This document shows, piece by piece, positions 10,096 to 19,442 of a stretch of DNA of 64,000 nucleotides. The first letter of the stretch is position 1. Every line of letters begins with the position of its first letter. The position numbers and the translations under genes are program-made. Below the pieces are notes generated by a model. That model was not told where the DNA came from, did not search any database, and saw only the letters and a program-made list of their open reading frames with translations. The stretch is from a virus. Its lineage: Duplodnaviria > Caudoviricetes. The stretch is from IMG/VR virus record IMGVR_UViG_3300023174_000048, positions 64,001 to 128,000 of that record. The stretch is one strand, 5' to 3'.

Positions 10096-10299
10096 ATGCC
10101 CAAATACTATGTTAAATCAGGTCAAATAAAATTTATTGTAGATTGTACCGATCATATATGCGCTATATTAGCTGCTTTGTCTCACTATAAAGGAAAAGGT
10201 GTTGTTACTGGGCCAAAAATTTGTGTTAGTGAACAAGGATTTGAAGATTTTAAAAAATGGAAATGCTATGATACTGACAAGTACCTAAAAGGAATATAA
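10096..10299 (+). CDS. hypothetical protein
   Basis: ORF in operon, TAATG overlap downstream. Confidence 0.6.
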   Translation: MPKYYVKSGQIKFIVDCTDHICAILAALSHYKGKGVVTGPKICVSEQGFEDFKKWKCYDTDKYLKGI

Positions 10300-11426
10300 T
10301 GCAAAAAATTATAAATGAAATTAAATTAGACTTTGATGATGTTCTAATTAGGCCCAAAAGATCAACTCTCAATAGTCGATCAGAAGTTTGTATCCAAAGA
10401 GAATTTAAATTTAAATATTCTCCACGAAAATTACTAGCAGTTCCAATAATGGTTGCCAATATGGATACTGTTGGAACTTTTGAGATGGCGAAATCATTAG
10501 GAAAAAATCAAGCCATAGTATGTTTACATAAGCATTATAAGATTAATGAATATGTTGCTTTTTATACTGATCCTAGTATTGTAAATAAAAATCTTGCATT
10601 TTATTCTATCGGCACAAGCCAGACAGATCTAGAAAAATTAACTGAAGTATTCAACCAAATTAAAAAATTCAACTATCCTACGCCTAATATATGCTTAGAT
10701 GTTGCAAACGGATATACAGAACAATTTGTTAAAATTGCTCGTAAAATAAGAAATTTATATCCAGAGTCTGTTATCATGGCTGGCAATGTGGTAACCCCAG
10801 AAATGACAGAAGAACTAATTATTCATGGTCAGGTCGATATAGTTAAAGTCGGCATAGGATCTGGCAGTGTTTGTACCACTCGTTTAAAAACTGGCGTAGG
10901 ATACCCTCAGTTGAGTGCTGTGATGGAATGTACGGACGCTGCTCATGGCCTTGGTGGGCACGTTTGTTCAGACGGAGGATGCAAAGTAATTGGAGATGTG
11001 TGTAAAGCATTTGGTGCAAATGGTGATTTCGTTATGCTAGGAAGCATATTTGCTGGCACAGACGAGTGTGAAGGAGAATGGAAATATGAATATTTAGTTG
11101 AAGCAGGATCATCTGCTCCCGGATTTTGGCAACCAATAGATCCAGAAAATAATAATATAAAAAGAAAAATATCTTTGCAATACTATGGAATGAGCAGTTT
11201 AAAAGCTATGGATAAACATCATAATGGAGTTGCAGACTATAGAACAGCAGAAGGTAAGTGCGTTACTGTTCCATATAAAGGAATGGCAGAAGAAGTACTT
11301 CAAGACATTTATGGAGGAATACGAAGTGCTTGCACTTATATAGGCGCTAGTAAAATAAAAGACTTTGGTAAGAAAACAACATTTATACAAGTCAACAATA
11401 CTCATAATAAGATATACGAAAAATGA
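10299..11426 (+). CDS. guaC: GMP reductase
   Basis: LDFDDVLIRPKRS, ANMDTVGTF, DVANGY, GSVCTTR, YYGMSS, AEGK; no CBS domain. Confidence 0.95.
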   Translation: MQKIINEIKLDFDDVLIRPKRSTLNSRSEVCIQREFKFKYSPRKLLAVPIMVANMDTVGTFEMAKSLGKNQAIVCLHKHYKINEYVAFYTDPSIVNKNLAFYSIGTSQTDLEKLTEVFNQIKKFNYPTPNICLDVANGYTEQFVKIARKIRNLYPESVIMAGNVVTPEMTEELIIHGQVDIVKVGIGSGSVCTTRLKTGVGYPQLSAVMECTDAAHGLGGHVCSDGGCKVIGDVCKAFGANGDFVMLGSIFAGTDECEGEWKYEYLVEAGSSAPGFWQPIDPENNNIKRKISLQYYGMSSLKAMDKHHNGVADYRTAEGKCVTVPYKGMAEEVLQDIYGGIRSACTYIGASKIKDFGKKTTFIQVNNTHNKIYEK

Positions 11427-12481
11427 AAATAAATTATTCAAGTCCAGTTAATAACACCGGCTACGGATTAGCATCAATTAATATACTGCGAGAACTATCA
11501 AAGATAGTAGACGTAACTTACTACCCCATAGGCCAGCCATCAGTTAATAATCAAGATGATCATGACTTTATACTTTCTTTATTAAAGAAGAGGATGAGTC
11601 CTGATATTAATGCTGTTAATTTTAAGATCTGGCATCAATTTGATTTACTAGATCATATTGGACGAGGAAAATATGTTGCCTATCCATTTTTTGAGTTGGA
11701 CACATTTAATGAATATGAAAAAATTAATTTAAAAGTTCCAGACAGTATATGCGTTAGTAGCAAATGGGGCCAGGAAGTTCTGCTTAAGAATGGAATAGAT
11801 TCTGAATCATTCGTAGTGCCATTAGGTGTTAATAGAAATATTTTTAATAACGACATCAAAAGAACTAGATCAGATGATAAATATGTTTTTCTAAATATAG
11901 GCAAATGGGAAGTTCGTAAAGGACACGATATTTTATTCTCATTATTTAATGAGGCTTTTCCAGATCAAAAAGATGTTGAACTATGGATATTAGCATCAGA
12001 AAAAACCAATTCGTATTCATCTGCTGATGAACTAAAACAATGGAAAAATATGTATGGTTCAGATAGAGTAAAATTATTTGATGGATTTGAAACTCAAGAA
12101 GAAATAGCTCAATTAATAGCAGATGCTGATTGTGGATTATATCCATCAAGAGCAGAAGGATGGAATCTTGAACTATTAGAAACCATGAGTATGGGAAAAC
12201 CAACCATAGCAACCAACTATTCTGCACACACAGAGTTTTGCACACCAGAAAATTGTTATTTGGTCAATATTGACGAGACAGAAAAAGCTTTCGACGGAAA
12301 AGCATTTCAAGGCCAGGGGAATTGGGCTAAATTAGGCAATAGTCAGATAGAAAATATTATTGATCATATGAGATTTGTTTATAATAATAGAATAAATACC
12401 AATCCTCACGGAATAGAAACGGCTAAAAAGTATTCTTGGGAGAATGCGGCTCAACAACTTGTAAGGTGTATTCCTAGGTAG
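11423..12481 (+). CDS. GT4 glycosyltransferase
   Basis: GKWEVRKG; EGWNLELLE (EX7E). Confidence 0.9.
   Translation: MKINYSSPVNNTGYGLASINILRELSKIVDVTYYPIGQPSVNNQDDHDFILSLLKKRMSPDINAVNFKIWHQFDLLDHIGRGKYVAYPFFELDTFNEYEKINLKVPDSICVSSKWGQEVLLKNGIDSESFVVPLGVNRNIFNNDIKRTRSDDKYVFLNIGKWEVRKGHDILFSLFNEAFPDQKDVELWILASEKTNSYSSADELKQWKNMYGSDRVKLFDGFETQEEIAQLIADADCGLYPSRAEGWNLELLETMSMGKPTIATNYSAHTEFCTPENCYLVNIDETEKAFDGKAFQGQGNWAKLGNSQIENIIDHMRFVYNNRINTNPHGIETAKKYSWENAAQQLVRCIPR
12465..12476 (+). promoter_or_regulatory. GGTGTA motif copy, putative phage promoter
   Basis: GGTGTATTCCTA 27 nt upstream of ATG 12492, inside the last codons of the GT4 gene. Confidence 0.4.
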
Positions 12482-12491
12482 GAGATACTAT

Positions 12492-13034
12492 ATGCCAATT
12501 CCATCAATAAATAAAGACGAAGATAAACAAAAATTCGTATCTCGTTGCATGGGTGACGAGACTATGAAAAAAGACTACCCTGACACAAAACAGCGTGTTG
12601 CTATTTGCTTAGGACAAACAAAGAAAAAAAGCAAGTCTTCAATATTAGAAGAAATTCAGGATAATTTATTGGCTTCTAATTGTGATTGGGATGATGAATG
12701 GAATGAGTTTGTATGGGAAATTGAGGCTAATATAGTTTATGACGAGAATGAAAAAATTATAGCAGAAGAAAAAAATGGTAAAAAGGTCAAATTAAACAAA
12801 CCAACAAGAACTCCAAATGGTCCCAAAAAATTCAATGTTTATGTAAAAAACGATAAAGGCAACATTGTAAAAGTTAATTTTGGTGATCCTAATATGGAGA
12901 TTAAAAGAGATGATCCAGCTCGTCGCAGATCATACAGAGCAAGACATAATTGCGATAATCCCGGACCACGATGGAAAGCTAACTACTGGAGTTGCAAAAT
13001 GTGGTCCACACCAAACGTATCAGACTTAACTTAG
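12492..13034 (+). CDS. two-domain conserved phage protein (C-terminal DUF6321-like)
   Basis: KQKFVSRCM N-domain; KFNVYVKN..VKVNFGD..RARHNCD..YWSC C-domain; AGGAG RBS. Confidence 0.65.
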   Translation: MPIPSINKDEDKQKFVSRCMGDETMKKDYPDTKQRVAICLGQTKKKSKSSILEEIQDNLLASNCDWDDEWNEFVWEIEANIVYDENEKIIAEEKNGKKVKLNKPTRTPNGPKKFNVYVKNDKGNIVKVNFGDPNMEIKRDDPARRRSYRARHNCDNPGPRWKANYWSCKMWSTPNVSDLT

Positions 13035-13043
13035 GAGAATATA

Positions 13044-13601
13044 ATGACTGATAAAAAATCAATCAATGACTTACTAAATCAACAGTATCAAGCCCCAACA
13101 TCAGAAACACTAACACAAGCACAAGAAGTTACTGGTTATACTTCTGATACTGTAATTGAACTAATAAAAAAATCATTAAACATACACTGGCAACAAACAA
13201 CAGTATTAACCGCTCAAGCTGAACATCTTCAAAGATGGGGATATAAAAAATTAGCAGCAATCATTAAGGAAGATGCTATTCAAGAACAGACCCATGCTGC
13301 AATCAACATCAAGAGATTAGAATTTTTTGATACTGATTATCAACCATTGATATTAAATCCACCAGTGTGGAAAAGGCATGATATGGCTGCAATGATACAA
13401 TACAATCTAGACTCTGTAAGAGAAGCATCAGCAGCAGAAAGAGCAACAATAGTTGCTGCTAGATCAATTGGAGATGAAATTACTGCTAATATGTTTATTG
13501 AACTATTACAAGGAAGCGAAGATGGTATCGAACTTTATGAAGGTTTTCTAAAACTAATTGAAGAAATGGGTATTGATAATTTCTTAACGCTTCAAGTATG
13601 A
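13044..13601 (+). CDS. bacterioferritin-fold protein with degenerate ferroxidase centre
   Basis: RWGYKKL, EQTHA..I.RL.F, IG.DNFL match the Bfr helices; several iron ligands replaced. Confidence 0.7.
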   Translation: MTDKKSINDLLNQQYQAPTSETLTQAQEVTGYTSDTVIELIKKSLNIHWQQTTVLTAQAEHLQRWGYKKLAAIIKEDAIQEQTHAAINIKRLEFFDTDYQPLILNPPVWKRHDMAAMIQYNLDSVREASAAERATIVAARSIGDEITANMFIELLQGSEDGIELYEGFLKLIEEMGIDNFLTLQV

Positions 13602-13605
13602 ATAG

Positions 13606-14262
13606 ATGAGAAACAATAAATTATTATCTGAATTTAGCTCAGTAATACCGTCTATTAATATAGATAAAATCAAATATACTACAAAAATAGTAGAAGATCA
13701 AAAAGTTTCAAAAATAATTGATTTTGACTACAAATCTATTCTTGATAATCCTCCTATAAATAGTAGTGGTTCTACACTAAAAGAATTAATTTACATATCT
13801 AAAATTAGTAATAATAGAAATGATGCTGATGTTGAATTTGTACATAAAATAGACAAAAATGCAGCATCTTTAGTTATAGACTTTTGTGATAGTAACAATA
13901 TTATTTTTCCACAAAATGATTTTGATAATCTATACAATATCATTAAACCTCTTATACTTAATACTAAATACTATTTTAATAGAGCAAGACCTTATCAATT
14001 GGCCAAATTTTATGGATTAACAATTAATGTTATTGAAACAGATACTCATCAAACCCCGTCTTACCCATCTGGACATACGGTGTATGCTAGATTAGCTGGA
14101 AATCTCGTAGCGAATTCTCATCCAGAGTTTAAATACGAATTGGATCAAATTGTAAATAAGAGTGGTTATGCCAGAGTTTTACAGGGTGTTCATTATCCAT
14201 CAGATAATCAAGCCTCAATAATTTTTACTGATTTTATTTTTCACAAACTATATAAGAGATAA
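13606..14262 (+). CDS. PAP2/vanadium-haloperoxidase superfamily phosphatase
   Basis: KYYFNRARP, PSYPSGH, RVLQGVHYPSD: all three motifs present. Confidence 0.85.
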   Translation: MRNNKLLSEFSSVIPSINIDKIKYTTKIVEDQKVSKIIDFDYKSILDNPPINSSGSTLKELIYISKISNNRNDADVEFVHKIDKNAASLVIDFCDSNNIIFPQNDFDNLYNIIKPLILNTKYYFNRARPYQLAKFYGLTINVIETDTHQTPSYPSGHTVYARLAGNLVANSHPEFKYELDQIVNKSGYARVLQGVHYPSDNQASIIFTDFIFHKLYKR

Positions 14263-14267
14263 TAATT

Positions 14268-15356
14268 ATGGACAGAATTTATGATTTATTAAATAATGTA
14301 GAAAAACTAATTAAAAAAACTGAAGCAACAATGCTCCCTGTTCCGACTGTAGAAGTTGGTCCAGCCGTTGATCCAAATACTAAACCACCATTAAAACCAG
14401 AATTAGTTGACAAAAAAACTAATGATGATTCTCTTAATTCTCAAAAAGAAAAAATAAATCAACTTAAAACTAAAAATCCAAATGAGCAGGTTTCCAGACC
14501 AACTGGAGATAGTTCAGTTGCTGTTTCTAAATTACAAACCGGCGACAATGTTAAAAATATAAATAATGCCTGTATGCATTATGGCAGCGAAGGCATTGTT
14601 GAAAGTATAGAAGAGATACCAGAGAATATAGGATACATAGTTGGCTATAGAACAACAAATGCCGGAGCTTCATGGACAGTAGATCAATATTTAAGGAAAA
14701 CCGAAGACCAATTAACTTTAGTAGATTCTAGAGATGATTATGGTTTAGCTGATATGAACATGTTAAATCCATCAACAACAATTATGGACTATAACATAGA
14801 AGATGCTGATGATATTGAAGAAGATGAAGATGAAGATGAGATGGAAGAACAGTTTGAAAACTATAAAAATGAATTTATTGAAATGAATATTGTTGCTTTG
14901 AAATCCATAGTTGCACATGCTAATAGGATCTTAGATTCTCTTGACGATCCAAAAGTTAAAGAAAACTTGACAGAGAGCTGGTTGCAGGGTAAAATCGCCA
15001 TTGTTGCTGACTACATGAGCACCATCAGAGATTTTGTGATCTTGTCTCCAGAAAGTGACGATGATAGTACAGAAGCGGCGGAGATAAAAAAAAAATTGAA
15101 AAAGAAATTTATTCCGGTTAGTATTATAAAGAATATGCCCAATATTCCAACCAATAATACTAATGAAGTAGATAACGATAATCATAACGAAGTTGAACCT
15201 ACAGAACCCTCAATAGAGGATTCAGCAGATTCAAAAAAACAAGGTCTTTGGGACAATATAAGAAAAAAGAAAGAGAGAGAAGGAAAGGATTATAGACCAG
15301 CAAAGCCTGGAGATAAAGACAGGCCAGATCCAAAACAATGGAAAAAGCTTACGTAG
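14268..15356 (+). CDS. multi-domain hypothetical phage protein
   Basis: Acidic tract; ESWLQGKI..ADY and GLWDNIRKKK motifs typical of large myophage proteins. Confidence 0.6.
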   Translation: MDRIYDLLNNVEKLIKKTEATMLPVPTVEVGPAVDPNTKPPLKPELVDKKTNDDSLNSQKEKINQLKTKNPNEQVSRPTGDSSVAVSKLQTGDNVKNINNACMHYGSEGIVESIEEIPENIGYIVGYRTTNAGASWTVDQYLRKTEDQLTLVDSRDDYGLADMNMLNPSTTIMDYNIEDADDIEEDEDEDEMEEQFENYKNEFIEMNIVALKSIVAHANRILDSLDDPKVKENLTESWLQGKIAIVADYMSTIRDFVILSPESDDDSTEAAEIKKKLKKKFIPVSIIKNMPNIPTNNTNEVDNDNHNEVEPTEPSIEDSADSKKQGLWDNIRKKKEREGKDYRPAKPGDKDRPDPKQWKKLT

Positions 15357-15414
15357 TATAAAGTTAATAGGACTAACTGTTTAATTTATAAACTAAATAA
15401 AGGATATCTTGATT

Positions 15415-16011
15415 ATGGACAGACAATACGACAGTCTAGATACGTATATTAATCTAGCAAAAAAGACGATATCAAAATTCTGCCCTAAATTCTATAATGG
15501 ATTATCGGTAGAAATGTTGAAGAATAATGATGCAATATCTGATGTTGCAACGGCAATAATGTATGCTGATTGGAGATTTGATCCTACTAGAACTGGCAAA
15601 AATGGTCAAGCTAAAACCTTGTATTCTTATAGAAATCAATGTGCTATTTGGGCTATTAAAACTTATGTAACAAATAAATACAAGAAAAATACAGATTCTG
15701 TAAGTCTTGACGCTAACTCTAAAATATCAGACTTGTCGATGCACTCTACAATATCTGATGCAAAGGCGCCTGAACCAATAGAGATTCTTATAGAGGAAGA
15801 ACAGACCACTAATTTAAAAAATACAATTGGAGATCTGTTATCAAACAGTAATCTATCAGAAAAACAAAGAGAACAGATTAGAATGTATTATTTAGAGAAC
15901 CATACTTTATCTCATATTGGTAAGAAGTTTGGAGTATCACGAGAAGCAGTTAGACAGAATATTAAAAGAGCCCTAGATATTATTAGATCATATGATAAAT
16001 GCCAAATTTAA
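15415..16011 (+). CDS. phage RNA polymerase sigma-70 family factor
   Basis: Region 2-like DVATAIMYADWRFDP..YSY; region 4 HTH TLSHIGKKFGVSREAVRQ; AAGGA RBS before ATG 15415. Confidence 0.85.
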   Translation: MDRQYDSLDTYINLAKKTISKFCPKFYNGLSVEMLKNNDAISDVATAIMYADWRFDPTRTGKNGQAKTLYSYRNQCAIWAIKTYVTNKYKKNTDSVSLDANSKISDLSMHSTISDAKAPEPIEILIEEEQTTNLKNTIGDLLSNSNLSEKQREQIRMYYLENHTLSHIGKKFGVSREAVRQNIKRALDIIRSYDKCQI

Positions 16012-16339
16012 TCTAGCTATACTGGTGCTAGATCCGTCTGTTAATAGGTACAAAATAGTATCATCTAAACCAGATGATTTACAGCTTCCATATTTTGACA
16101 TTGAAAGTAATCTTGATATTGATGCTTGTTTAGATCATTTGGTATCTACAAAAATAGATAAAAATGATTCATATCTTAATTTTAAATTAACAGATGTGGA
16201 ACTATCAGAAACGCTAGAGATTTATTATCTTGTTTTTATAACCTATGAATCTGTTGTAAAAGACGGATTTTTATTAGATATACAACCTTCTCTTATAAGA
16301 CTTCCAAACAATGCTAAAAAAATTCTTACACTACTTTAA
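15992..16339 (+). CDS. hypothetical protein, possibly degenerate NUDIX fold
   Basis: beta-strand start then LQLP in place of W.LPGG; no Nudix-box glutamates. Confidence 0.4.
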   Translation: MINAKFNLAILVLDPSVNRYKIVSSKPDDLQLPYFDIESNLDIDACLDHLVSTKIDKNDSYLNFKLTDVELSETLEIYYLVFITYESVVKDGFLLDIQPSLIRLPNNAKKILTLL

Positions 16340-16691
16340 ATTCTTAAAAACAAATCAAGAATTAGAGACATTAAGTATTGTAATTTCCTTAAAAAGTAAT
16401 TATGATGTTGATATACAACTTAAATATCCAAATCTTGATAATGAACATATAAATAATATACCAAATATTGCAGAAAAATATGCGGAATTATTGATCTATA
16501 TAAATAGCAATGCTCTGAAATATAGACTATTAGACACTATAAAAGATAAATCATACAGATCAGAAGATATTAAAGAAAAATTATTTTTTGATAATGTTAT
16601 TTCTTTTTATGATTTAATTAGGCAAGAAATTAAAAAAGCCAATAATACCGGCCCACTTATTAGTCCAATGTCCGCTTTTGCAACAAAGTGA
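16311..16691 (+). CDS. hypothetical protein
   Basis: ORF track, operon context. Confidence 0.6.
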   Translation: MLKKFLHYFKFLKTNQELETLSIVISLKSNYDVDIQLKYPNLDNEHINNIPNIAEKYAELLIYINSNALKYRLLDTIKDKSYRSEDIKEKLFFDNVISFYDLIRQEIKKANNTGPLISPMSAFATK

Positions 16692-16723
16692 TATTGGAAA
16701 TCTGAATTTTTAATTTACTATAA

Positions 16724-16735
16724 GGGGTATAAGTA
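16724..16735 (+). promoter_or_regulatory. variant GGGGTA motif, putative phage promoter
   Basis: GGGGTATAAGTA in an intergenic gap, 45 nt upstream of ATG 16769. Confidence 0.35.
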
Positions 16736-16768
16736 TCTTGTTCTATCTCTGCTTGACGGGGCTACATA

Positions 16769-17203
16769 ATGGACAAAAATAATCTAATCATATGGCAAAA
16801 ATGGCTTGACCCATTTGGATCAGATGATCCTGATGTTGATGAGTTTGATCCATATACTGGTAATTATACCGATAGCGATGCAGAAACTGATGAAGAGGAA
16901 GATAGTCATGAGGAAATTACTAAGAAAAAAATTAAAGCAGTTAGAGTAATTGCTACTCCTATGGGAATAATACCAATGAATGAGAATACTGCTAGTGGAA
17001 AACTTTTTAATTTTTGGATGGGACATACTAATTTTGATATATCAAAAAAAATAGCACAAACTATAGAAAGAACCGATGGAGTTGAAACTCTGGACATTTT
17101 TACAAGATACCGATTTAGAATATCAATAGGTAAAGCTTTTGATGATTCAGAAACTATGAGAAATATCAATAAAACAATATATAGTGAGTTAAATAATGGC
17201 TAA
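16769..17203 (+). CDS. hypothetical protein with acidic tract
   Basis: FNFWMGHTNFDI..GVETLDIFTRYRFRISIGK conserved-looking block. Confidence 0.7.
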   Translation: MDKNNLIIWQKWLDPFGSDDPDVDEFDPYTGNYTDSDAETDEEEDSHEEITKKKIKAVRVIATPMGIIPMNENTASGKLFNFWMGHTNFDISKKIAQTIERTDGVETLDIFTRYRFRISIGKAFDDSETMRNINKTIYSELNNG

Positions 17204-17858
17204 AACTAATACCAGCGATATAGAATTACAGTCTTTACACTCAAATAATATTGATATAAAAAACAGAGAAATATTTTTACATTCTCATTTTGGATATGAT
17301 GAAGATGAAGCTGGTGTTGATTATAGATCATCTGTTACTTTTGAAAAAAATCTACGCTTTTTGAATCAACAGTCCGCTGACTCTATATTGATACATATGC
17401 ATTTACCTGGGGGTGATTGGGAAGACTGCTTAAGCTTATACGACACTATAAAATACAGTCGTTCTAAAACAACAATATTAGCATATGCCAAAGTTCAATC
17501 TGCTAGTAGTATTATTTTCCAGTCTGCTAATCTCAGAATATTAATGCCAAATGTGAATATGCTAATTCATTATGGCTCAATAAGCATAGACGATGAACAC
17601 AAAGCGGCAATTAGTAGTTTACAATGGAGCGAAAGAGAGTCTGCAAAAATGCTTGATATCTTTGTTGATAAATGGATTACAAGTCCAATGTCAAAAGATA
17701 AGAACTGGAAAAAACCAATAGCAAGAAAACACATTCAAAGTCAACTAGCAACAAAAAGTGATTGGATACTAACAGCAGAAGAAGCGGTGTATTATGGTTT
17801 TGCGGATGGTATACTCGGAGATAAGAAATACCCAACCATAGAATCATTAAAAAAGTAA
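17196..17858 (+). CDS. clpP: ClpP-type serine protease
   Basis: LPGG..YDTI, QSASS (Ser), MLIHYG (His), DWILTAEEAVYYGFAD. Confidence 0.85.
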   Translation: MAKTNTSDIELQSLHSNNIDIKNREIFLHSHFGYDEDEAGVDYRSSVTFEKNLRFLNQQSADSILIHMHLPGGDWEDCLSLYDTIKYSRSKTTILAYAKVQSASSIIFQSANLRILMPNVNMLIHYGSISIDDEHKAAISSLQWSERESAKMLDIFVDKWITSPMSKDKNWKKPIARKHIQSQLATKSDWILTAEEAVYYGFADGILGDKKYPTIESLKK

Positions 17859-17862
17859 CACT

Positions 17863-18525
17863 ATGCATTTAGAATACTGCTATTATGATATAACTCTCAA
17901 AGATTCAGAATTAATAGACATTATAAATAAAGTTATTAAATTTGATCCTAAGACTATATCTGTTCTACCTTCATATCTTAAACCACTCAAATCAATATTA
18001 TCGACCACGGATATATCAGCTTCTGCCCCAATAGATTTTCCTCTTGGCACAATGGATCTAAAGTCAAGACTATCTGTTGCTGAAAACTGTATTAAAAATG
18101 GAGCAACCATACTTGATATTGTATGTCCAACATATTTATTGTGCAATAGAAAGTATGATAAATTCCGTGAAGATATAAAAGAAATGCAGAGTTTGTGTTC
18201 TGATTCAAAACTAGAAATTAGATATATTCTTGAATATCGTCAATTTAGCTATGAGCTATTATATAAAGTAGCACAAATATTATATGATTTTAATATTACA
18301 ACAATATATCCATCAACCGGATACTTAATTGATGATATTTCTGACAATATCACCGCCTCTGCACTCATAAATAAAAAGGTACCCAATATTAATATAATTT
18401 GCAATGGTAATGTCTGGAATGATAATCAGATAAAAATGGCCAAAAAGAGTAAAATTTATGGTTTACGGGTCAATTCATTGAATGCTTTAGAATTGATAAC
18501 AAAAGAAAACATAATAGAAAATTAA
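17863..18525 (+). CDS. DeoC (deoxyribose-phosphate aldolase)-fold protein, Schiff-base Lys apparently lost
   Basis: PIDFPLG, GATILDIV, RYILE; YPSTG in place of KTSTG. Confidence 0.75.
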   Translation: MHLEYCYYDITLKDSELIDIINKVIKFDPKTISVLPSYLKPLKSILSTTDISASAPIDFPLGTMDLKSRLSVAENCIKNGATILDIVCPTYLLCNRKYDKFREDIKEMQSLCSDSKLEIRYILEYRQFSYELLYKVAQILYDFNITTIYPSTGYLIDDISDNITASALINKKVPNINIICNGNVWNDNQIKMAKKSKIYGLRVNSLNALELITKENIIEN

Positions 18526-18532
18526 CCTTTTA

Positions 18533-18544
18533 GGTGTACTAGAT
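18533..18544 (+). promoter_or_regulatory. GGTGTA motif, putative phage promoter
   Basis: Intergenic GGTGTACTAGAT upstream of 18589. Confidence 0.55.
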
Positions 18545-18588
18545 TATAGATTTTAAACAATCTTCACAGAATAAAACGGAGATATACA

Positions 18589-19335
18589 ATGGCTACAGCT
18601 ACATCAGCAGCAGTTGACTATACAACACAACCAAATTTAAATGGCAGTGGATCAAAAAATAATGGCGGATCCGCTACCAGAGTCGGAACATCAACAAAAC
18701 TAAATTCAGTAGCGATCAGCAAAGATACCACAGGTGTCGTTGGTTCGGTTGTTATTGATGGAGACTATACAGACAAAGCTATCAGTGGCGGAACAATTCC
18801 TCATAATCACACCAAACCAATAACATTTAAGGTAACAAATGAAATTGCTGGTGTTGCTAGTTCTGTTTTTTCAACCAGTGCTAATGATCCAACCCAAGTA
18901 AGAGGAATTAATAAGAGAGAAAACTATAGAGTTGCTAAAGTTTCAACAGCCTATAGAAATGGTCAATGGGATCCCTACTATGGTGAATTTAGAGCATATG
19001 GAACATACTCAAGAACAGGCTATACCGTAACAGCAACCGTTGCTCGTCACGGACTAAGTACTGGCGACGTTGTAAAACTAGATTTTTCAAGCGGTACTGC
19101 TACTGATGGTATTTTTACCGTTACTTATGTTGATGTGAATACTTTCACCTTTACTCATACTGCTACTGGTAGCACAAGTGGTAATCTTAGTCTTGAAGGC
19201 CCAGCTTATGGAACTTCTACTCCGGGCACAGACAACGCAGCAACAGTTTCCAGAAGTGCTCCTGGTGATCTTGTTTTCAGAACTGGATCTAAGCTTCCTG
19301 TTCGCAGTCAAGATTACAAGCCAAAGACTGGCTGA
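18589..19335 (+). CDS. Thr/Gly/Ser-rich virion structural protein
   Basis: HGLSTGDVVKL..YTVT (FCCH-like beta domain seen in tail/baseplate proteins); GGAG RBS. Confidence 0.6.
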   Translation: MATATSAAVDYTTQPNLNGSGSKNNGGSATRVGTSTKLNSVAISKDTTGVVGSVVIDGDYTDKAISGGTIPHNHTKPITFKVTNEIAGVASSVFSTSANDPTQVRGINKRENYRVAKVSTAYRNGQWDPYYGEFRAYGTYSRTGYTVTATVARHGLSTGDVVKLDFSSGTATDGIFTVTYVDVNTFTFTHTATGSTSGNLSLEGPAYGTSTPGTDNAATVSRSAPGDLVFRTGSKLPVRSQDYKPKTG

Positions 19336-19363
19336 TATAATTAGTTTATTATTAATCTAGCTT

Positions 19364-19400
19364 AAAGCCAGCAATTTTATATTGTTGGCTTTTTGCTTTT
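19364..19400 (+). terminator. rho-independent terminator
   Basis: AAAGCCAGCAAT-TTTAT-ATTGTTGGCTTT hairpin followed by T-tracts. Confidence 0.8.
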
Positions 19401-19401
19401 T

Positions 19402-19413
19402 AGTGTATTTAGT
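19402..19413 (+). promoter_or_regulatory. AGTGTA variant of GGTGTA motif
   Basis: Directly after the terminator, 41 nt before ATG 19443. Confidence 0.4.
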
Positions 19414-19442
19414 AATACCACCACAAGAAAAGGGTTTTAATT

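Noticed and set aside
1295-12481. Bacterial chromosomal LPS/capsule locus
   Set aside because: No Wzx/Wzy/ABC export or lipid-carrier genes; the locus is continuous with phage-type genes and compact overlaps.
14801-14860. GAAGAT-type tandem repeat
   Set aside because: Only encodes an acidic low-complexity tract; not a functional DNA repeat.
16753-16770. TTGACG...CATAAT as a sigma70 promoter
   Set aside because: Spacer is only about 6 nt.
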